Below, in pieces: positions 57,246 to 64,000 of a stretch of 64,000 nucleotides of DNA. Below the pieces are notes generated by a model, which was given only the letters and a program-made list of their open reading frames with translations, was not told the DNA's origin and ran no database searches. Both the position numbers and the translations under genes were made by a program. The DNA comes from Octopus vulgaris (taxonomy: Eukaryota): contig OX597827.1 in NCBI GenBank assembly GCA_951406725.2, forward strand, positions 42,098,001 to 42,162,000. Reading direction: 5' to 3'. Numbering within the stretch: position 1 is the stretch's first letter; each line of letters begins with the position of its first letter.

Positions 57246-57982
57246 TCTTAGAAACATTAAATGAATATTGAATTATTAAAATGATAAAATATTGAAGACG
57301 GTTATCTTCTTACAATGTGAAAAGGTAAGAGTTTAATCACCCTTAGATACATCAGGCAAAAAGATTCAATATCAGAAAATGTGTGTGTGCGTGTATGTGT
57401 GAGTATATATGTATTGTCTTCATCGTAGTTACCATCTCGTGACTGGCGCGTCCAGCGGTAATGGTCTCACTCAGAACACTCTGACAGCCACCAATCGCCA
57501 CACGTCTTTTTTCCTTCGTCACACATAGAGAAGACACGTGACCTGTCCACTGTTTGACGTTGTCGTGTCAAGATTGTTATCGTTTGCGTCTTCGCTGCTT
57601 TCCCTTTCAACCACGTCCGGCTGGATAGTTTTGGACAAGAAGTGATGGCGTGATAGATATCTCTACAACTCGGTGCCAGGCAAACTTTTAGCACTTCACT
57701 GTAACGAGAAATAGTTTTCTGATGACAAAGTTGTTTTTTCAGGACTTCTGTATTTCTCATTTTTTTCCCTCTTTATCGGTTTCTTTCTTTCTTTCTTTAC
57801 TTCTTTCTTTCTTTCTCGCCACTCTCACTGTGAGTGTTTGTGTGTATAAGCATATATATATATATTCCTATGTATGTATATATATTTACATATACGTATA
57901 TGTATTTAGAATCATAATACATACGCATATTCACATGGGTGTATGTGTGTATGTGTGTCTGTATGTATATATATATATATTA

Positions 57983-58013
<31 letters not shown>

Positions 58014-58186
58014 TACACACACACACACATATATACATATATATATATAATCATTAGTACATTAGTACATTAGTACACTGACCCACTCACTCATAGATAT
58101 AAGAGGAGAGAGGAACGACTGAAAAATATGGAAATTTTGATTCATAAGTATATATTTGTATGTCTGAATATATATATATATATACA

Positions 58187-58462
58187 CTGTTGTGTCTAGG
58201 GAGAGTCATTTTCTTTTTGTGCCTTATAATTTAACACACTCACCGGTAAATTTTTCTCTTATTCCTTATTTTTATTTTCCTAAAATTTTTGTTTCATCTT
58301 GCAACTTTTTCGATAGTCTTGACTCTTGAAGACTATTGAAAAAGTGGCAAGACTAAATGAACATTTTAGCAAAATAAAAATAAGGCATAAGTGGAAATTT
58401 TACCGCTGTGTGTGTTAAATTATATGTCACAAAAAGAAAATTACTCTCCCCAGATACAACAG
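58187..58462. mobile_element. Palindromic element (~134-bp arms, 8-nt loop)
   Basis: 58187-58320 vs 58329-58462, diverged arms. Confidence 0.85.
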
Positions 58463-58608
58463 AATATGCTTCAACGCACGAACTCACATAAAGAATCTTG
58501 GAAACCAAATCCCAAAACGATATATATATATATATATATATGTACCTATATATATTTGTGTGTGTGATGTGGTGTGTGTGAGTGAACTTACGTATGTTTT
58601 TAAATATG

Positions 58609-58640
<32 letters not shown>

Positions 58641-58679
58641 GTTACATTCATATACACACACATACATATATGTCTATAA

Positions 58680-58735
<56 letters not shown>

Positions 58736-58801
58736 ATATATATATATATATATAAATAGATATATAGATGTATATATCTATATATGTATTATATGTATAT
58801 C

Positions 58802-58844
<43 letters not shown>

Positions 58845-59576
58845 ATATGAAAATATCGCTCTACCTGTCTGCCTGTCAACATTTCTATTTATCTCTCATT
58901 CTCTCTTTCATAGTCTTTGTCCACGTTCCTTTCTCCCTCTCTCTTTCTCTTCCCCCTCTCTTCAAACGCACCTTCACACACACACATACACACACACAGA
59001 CACACACACACACACATATAAATCTGTGAAAATATACGCATACATACTTAGAAATCAATCAATTCATACACACCAATACACTTACGGTCAGTGTGTTTAT
59101 ATGTCTGCGTATGGGTATGAGTAAGCGTATGTGTGTGGGTGTGTGTGTGTGTGTGTGCGTGCGTGCTCGTATGCGTGTGTATGTGAGTGGCTTTTCTCGT
59201 GCGGGTTTATGTACTTTCAGCGAAACCAAAGCTGTAGTTGGCCTTGTCATCTGTAAAGTTTCAAGACGTGTTTGGCATGGCAATTTTCTGCCGTATATCC
59301 TTGCCTATAGCACCAAACCGTCACTAATCACCTGTTTATGAAACTTCTGTGTCAGATTTCACAATTGTGGTTCGCATTGATGTCTTACCGCTCCAAGTCT
59401 CAATCTATCAAATCAATAGATGTACTCCAGGGTTGATTTAGCCATCACTCATTGTTTTGTTTTCACTTAAATATATAGACACACACACATACACGCACGT
59501 ATATCCACATAGACACACACACACAAACACACACACTCACACATATACATACATTCATGTATGCATATATATGTAA

Positions 59577-59611
<35 letters not shown>

Positions 59612-59708
59612 TGTACAACTTGTGTTCAATCGAATAACGAATTCGCGTACTGATATAGAAACAGCCATCACATTTTTCCTTCATACAGAGCTCGCAGTAC
59701 AGTTACAC

Positions 59709-59749
<41 letters not shown>

Positions 59750-60201
59750 TACACACACTCACACGCACACACATTTGCACAGATACACAAACAAGTAAGC
59801 AAACTTACACACATCTATTAATCTATATATCCATCTATCGATCTCTCCGTCTCTCTCTTCTCTTTGTATTTGTATGTATATAACTATATATATATATGTG
59901 CGTACTGAAGTAAAGCCTCTTCCCGAGTCATATCAACTCGTAAAGAACGGTTTCCTAGTTTCCGTGGCGTAAAAATTACCCTCCAGGACAGGACGCCGGT
60001 CCATCCCAGGATCACTCATTTCTGCTAGCAGAGCGAATTGGAACAATATGAAATGAAGTGTTTTGCTCAAGATCACAAGGCGTCGCCCGGTCCAGGAACC
60101 GAAACCACAATCTTACGATCATGAATCCAACACCTCTAACCACTATGCCACGCGTCTTCACATACATATATTATATATGCATATATATATATAATCATAT
60201 T

Positions 60202-60245
<44 letters not shown>

Positions 60246-60271
60246 TATATGCATATATATGTATATATATG

Positions 60272-60311
<40 letters not shown>

Positions 60312-60406
60312 AATTATACTATTTTATATAGAGATTGTTAACTTTAACAATACTTAGAAACAGGCTAGAATCGGAGTGCTCAAATTGAGCTAAGTTCCAA
60401 TTAATA

Positions 60407-60546
60407 ATTTGAATGGAAGCAATACTAGCGGAAAACTAGAGGGGCATGACCTATTATCCGATAGAATATTCAATATATATGTGTTCTTTCATTGGATAAT
60501 AGGTCATACTCCTCTAGTTTTCCGCTAGTATTGTCTCCATTCAAAT
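60407..60546. repeat. Inverted repeat, 56-bp arms, inside (TA)n
   Basis: 60407-60462 vs 60491-60546. Confidence 0.85.
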
Positions 60547-60547
60547 C

Positions 60548-60607
<60 letters not shown>

Positions 60608-60704
60608 CATTCTCTCATTCCAGTCTTTAGACTGCGACCATGCTTGGATCACTGCCTTGAAGATTTTTTGTCGAATAAATCGGCACAGACACTTTTTATA
60701 AGCC

Positions 60705-60900
60705 ATCGTCTTTCAGGGACATTCTTCCGCTTTTAAACAACCGTGCCCCTCGAAACATTGCGTATCGCCTATTGCCTCGTCGCTGTAAGCTCGCTCAATG
60801 TCTTTGTAGCAGACTTTCCAAGTTTAACGCAAAATTCCACGTTGGCTCTTTGTTCCTGTCCAAGACAAAATCGCCGACTGCAGCATACACGTAATCACAA
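60705..60900 (-). mobile_element. Mariner transposase N-terminal relic
   Basis: QEQRANVEFCVKLGKSATKTL. Confidence 0.75.
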
Positions 60901-61089
60901 AAACACAAATTTAACAACTTGTGTAGTAAACACAGCGATGAGTCCGTACACTGTGAGCAAAGGAGTCTACCGGTCCCTTTCTAGCCGTAGTGATACCTGT
61001 AGACAAATGATTTCAGGGTAATTTCCCTTCGACGGTACATGACAACCGCCGGTTAGAGATAGTAGTCACTCGCTCTTGCCTACAGTATA

Positions 61090-61485
61090 GGCGCAGGAGT
61101 GGCTGTGTGGTAAGTAGCTTGCTAACCAACCACATGGTTCCGGGTTCAGTCCCACTGCGTGGCATCTTGGGCAAGTGTCTTCTGCTATAGCCCCGGGTTG
61201 ACCAATGCCTTGTGAGTGGATTTGGTAGACGGAAACAGAAAGAAGCCTGTCGTATATATGTATATATATATATATAAGTGTGTGTGTATATGTTTGTGTG
61301 TCTGACAACCGATGCTGGTGTGTTTACGTCCCCGTCACTTAGCGGTTCGGCAAAAGAGACCGATAGAATAAGTACTGGGCTTACAAAGAATAAGTCCCGG
61401 GGTCGATTTGCTCGACTAAAGGCGGTGCTCCAGCATGGCCGCAGTCAAATGACTGAGACAAGTAAAAGAGTGAAGAGTAAAAGAG
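61090..61485 (+). mobile_element. SINE family A, full length
   Basis: Head and tail match the family. Confidence 0.9.
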
Positions 61486-61526
61486 TATATACTTTTAAAG
61501 CGACACACCGTCGCTGATCTCGTGAA

Positions 61527-61801
61527 GAGAAAAACTAGTTTTAAATCTCTTAGCGAGAAATATGTAGTAAAAGTACCGTTCAGTAAAGTCTATTTGCCAA
61601 CTCATCGTCGCAGTCCTATTCAGGACGATGTAACAACTTTTTAGCCCCAGGAAAACATCTTTTCCAACTGGCTACCGACATATGATCTGTGTCCGTGTAC
61701 TGTGAGCAAGGGACTGCCACGTTACTTTGGCAAATAGACTTTACTGTACGGTACTGGTACTATATATTTCTCGCTCAGATGTTTAAAACTAGTTGTTTCT
61801 C
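61527..61801. mobile_element. MITE-like or fold-back element with ~90-bp inverted arms
   Basis: 61527-61617 vs 61710-61801. Confidence 0.7.
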
Positions 61802-62228
61802 TCTGTCTCTCTGTATGGTTCTGGATTCAGTCCTACTGCATGGCACCTTCCGCATGTGTCTTCTACTATAGCCTCGGGCCGAGCAAAATCTTGTGAGTAG
61901 ATTTGGTGAACGGAAACTGAAAGAAGCCCGTCGTATGTGTGTGTGTGTGTCTTTGTGCCTGTCCCACCATCGCTTGACAACCGGTGTTGGTGTGTTTACG
62001 TTCCCCTAACTAGCTGTTCGGCTAAAGAGACCGATATAATAAGCACCCTTTCAGTTTCTGTTTACGAAATGCACTCACAAGGCTTTGGTCAATCTGATGC
62101 TATACTAGAAGACACTCGCCCGAGGTACCACGCACCAAGACTGAACCCGGAATCATGTGGTGTGGTTAGGAAGCAAGCTTCTTACCATACAACCAGGTCT
62201 ATATATATATATATATACCCATATGCAT

Positions 62229-62265
<37 letters not shown>

Positions 62266-62544
62266 CATATGCATAGAAACACACAAACATAATGCAAATG
62301 CCACAATATATACATACAACTATATACGAACACAATATACGAGAAAGTATGTTATTCAAATCCATATTTAACCTAGAGGTGTAGTGTTTTACTTTTCTCA
62401 AATTCATCAGTTGAATAAACAAAGTTATGTTCTTGCATTCTTCCTATTAATAGTTGATACTGCGGATATTAAATAAGCTACCTTACGTATCTTACAGCCA
62501 AACATGAACCAAACCCCATGTTATATTTATAGGACATACTTTTC

Positions 62545-62587
62545 TCTACTGATGAGATGGCAAAAAGAATCGAAACTTTAGATAAGA
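62545..62587 (+). ncRNA. HHR-like motif (canonical core, imperfect stem III)
   Basis: TCTA-CTGATGA-GAT ggcaaaaaga ATC-GAAA-CTT-TAGA. Confidence 0.4.
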
Positions 62588-62611
62588 CTGGCATTTATTT
62601 TAATATAAATA

Positions 62612-63012
62612 TTCTTTTCTACTCTAGGCACAAGGCCCGAAATTTTGGGGAAGTGGGTCCGGTCGATCAGATCGACCTCAGGACGCAACTGGTACTTAAT
62701 TTACCGACCCCGAAAGGATGAAAGGCAAAGTCGACGTCGGTGGAATTTGAACCCAGAATGTAAAGACAGACGAAATACCTATTTCTTTACTACCCACAAG
62801 GGGCTAAACACAGAAGGGACAAACAAAGACAGACAAACGGATTAAGTCGATTATATCGACCCTAGTGCGTAACTGGTACTTAATTTATCGACACCGAAAG
62901 GATGAAAGGCAAAGTCGACGTCGGTGGAATTTGAACCCAGAATGTAAAGACAGACGAAATACCGCCAAGCATTTCGCCCGGAGTGCTAACGTTTCTGCCA
63001 GTTCGCCGCCTT
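62612..63012 (-). mobile_element. SINE family B, dimeric
   Basis: Head at 63012, two modules; TTTTAATATA.ATATTC on both flanks. Confidence 0.85.
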
Positions 63013-63160
63013 TTTAATATATATATTCGTATATGCTGTAGTATGTTTTGTATATCCCAACGCTTATACTATTTTAAATTATTTTACTTACCAGCTCGTA
63101 GGTATTAAGAAAGCTATAGATAAAGTTCTGTCGAAAGATGTATTGGCATTGTAGCGTGCT

Positions 63161-63219
<59 letters not shown>

Positions 63220-63448
63220 TCTCCCTCTTTCTCTCTCTCACACACCCACACAAAAACCCGCACACAAACATGTATGTATGTATGTATGTATGTATGTATG
63301 TATGTATGTATGTATGTATAATACACGCTCCCATACATATATATTCCTTTTCTTTTCACTTCTGCTTAATGTTTATATAATCCATTGTTTTCCATTTTTA
63401 ATTATTTTTCTTCTTTATTTTTTTGTCTTCTTTGTCTTCTTCTTCTGT

Positions 63449-63486
<38 letters not shown>

Positions 63487-64000
63487 TTACTACTATTACT
63501 ACTACTACACATCCTTACATACGCATACACACACGCACACAAATATACGCACACAAACGCACAAATCTTATACGCATGCCACACCACACACACACACATA
63601 TATATGTAAATGTATTTATCTATATCTATATATATTGATTGATAGATATTTATCATAAAAACGAAGAACATTAATTGTGAGATTGAATGGAATATTTATT
63701 TTATTTTATTATGTTTTTAAAAAATTTCACATTAATTTCAAGTTTTCGGCAACACGTTTGAAATATTAGCGTAAAATATATAAATAAATAAATGAATAAA
63801 GGCATTTCATATATGTATACACTTATGTTATTAAAAAGCAAAGTTGGCATAACAGTGATGGGAATGGTATTATCGATAAAAAAATAATAACGAACCAAAA
63901 GGGATTGCCGGAATGGGGCTGTGTTTAATAAATGATTTATAGTGAAAAGAGATAGGTTGTATGATCATGTATAAGAAGGAAGGTGTGCAAATTTGTGGAA

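Overview
This is a 64-kb, AT-rich, gene-poor eukaryotic window dominated by (TA)n, (CA)n, (CATA)n, (TATC)n and trinucleotide microsatellites. It also holds three families of tRNA-derived SINEs and fragments of Tc1/mariner, Helitron/Helentron, RTE, R4-like and Penelope-like (GIY-YIG) elements. The repeat complement looks like an octopus (cephalopod) genome; that is inferred from recalled repeat families, not searched. Nearly all ORFs in the track are microsatellite translations, and no host gene can be called with confidence. The most striking unannotated signal is about 15 type I hammerhead-ribozyme (HHR) motifs, found by eye, in small elements sitting inside (TA)n tracts, often as tandem or fold-back copies. 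One is a 491-bp tandem unit with a canonical HHR in each copy (16364-17358, retrozyme-like). Others have compensatory catalytic-core variants (G3-C8, U3-A8). A decayed Penelope-like GIY-YIG endonuclease at 46588-47070 belongs to the element class known to carry and mobilise such motifs. All RNA folds are manual and untested.
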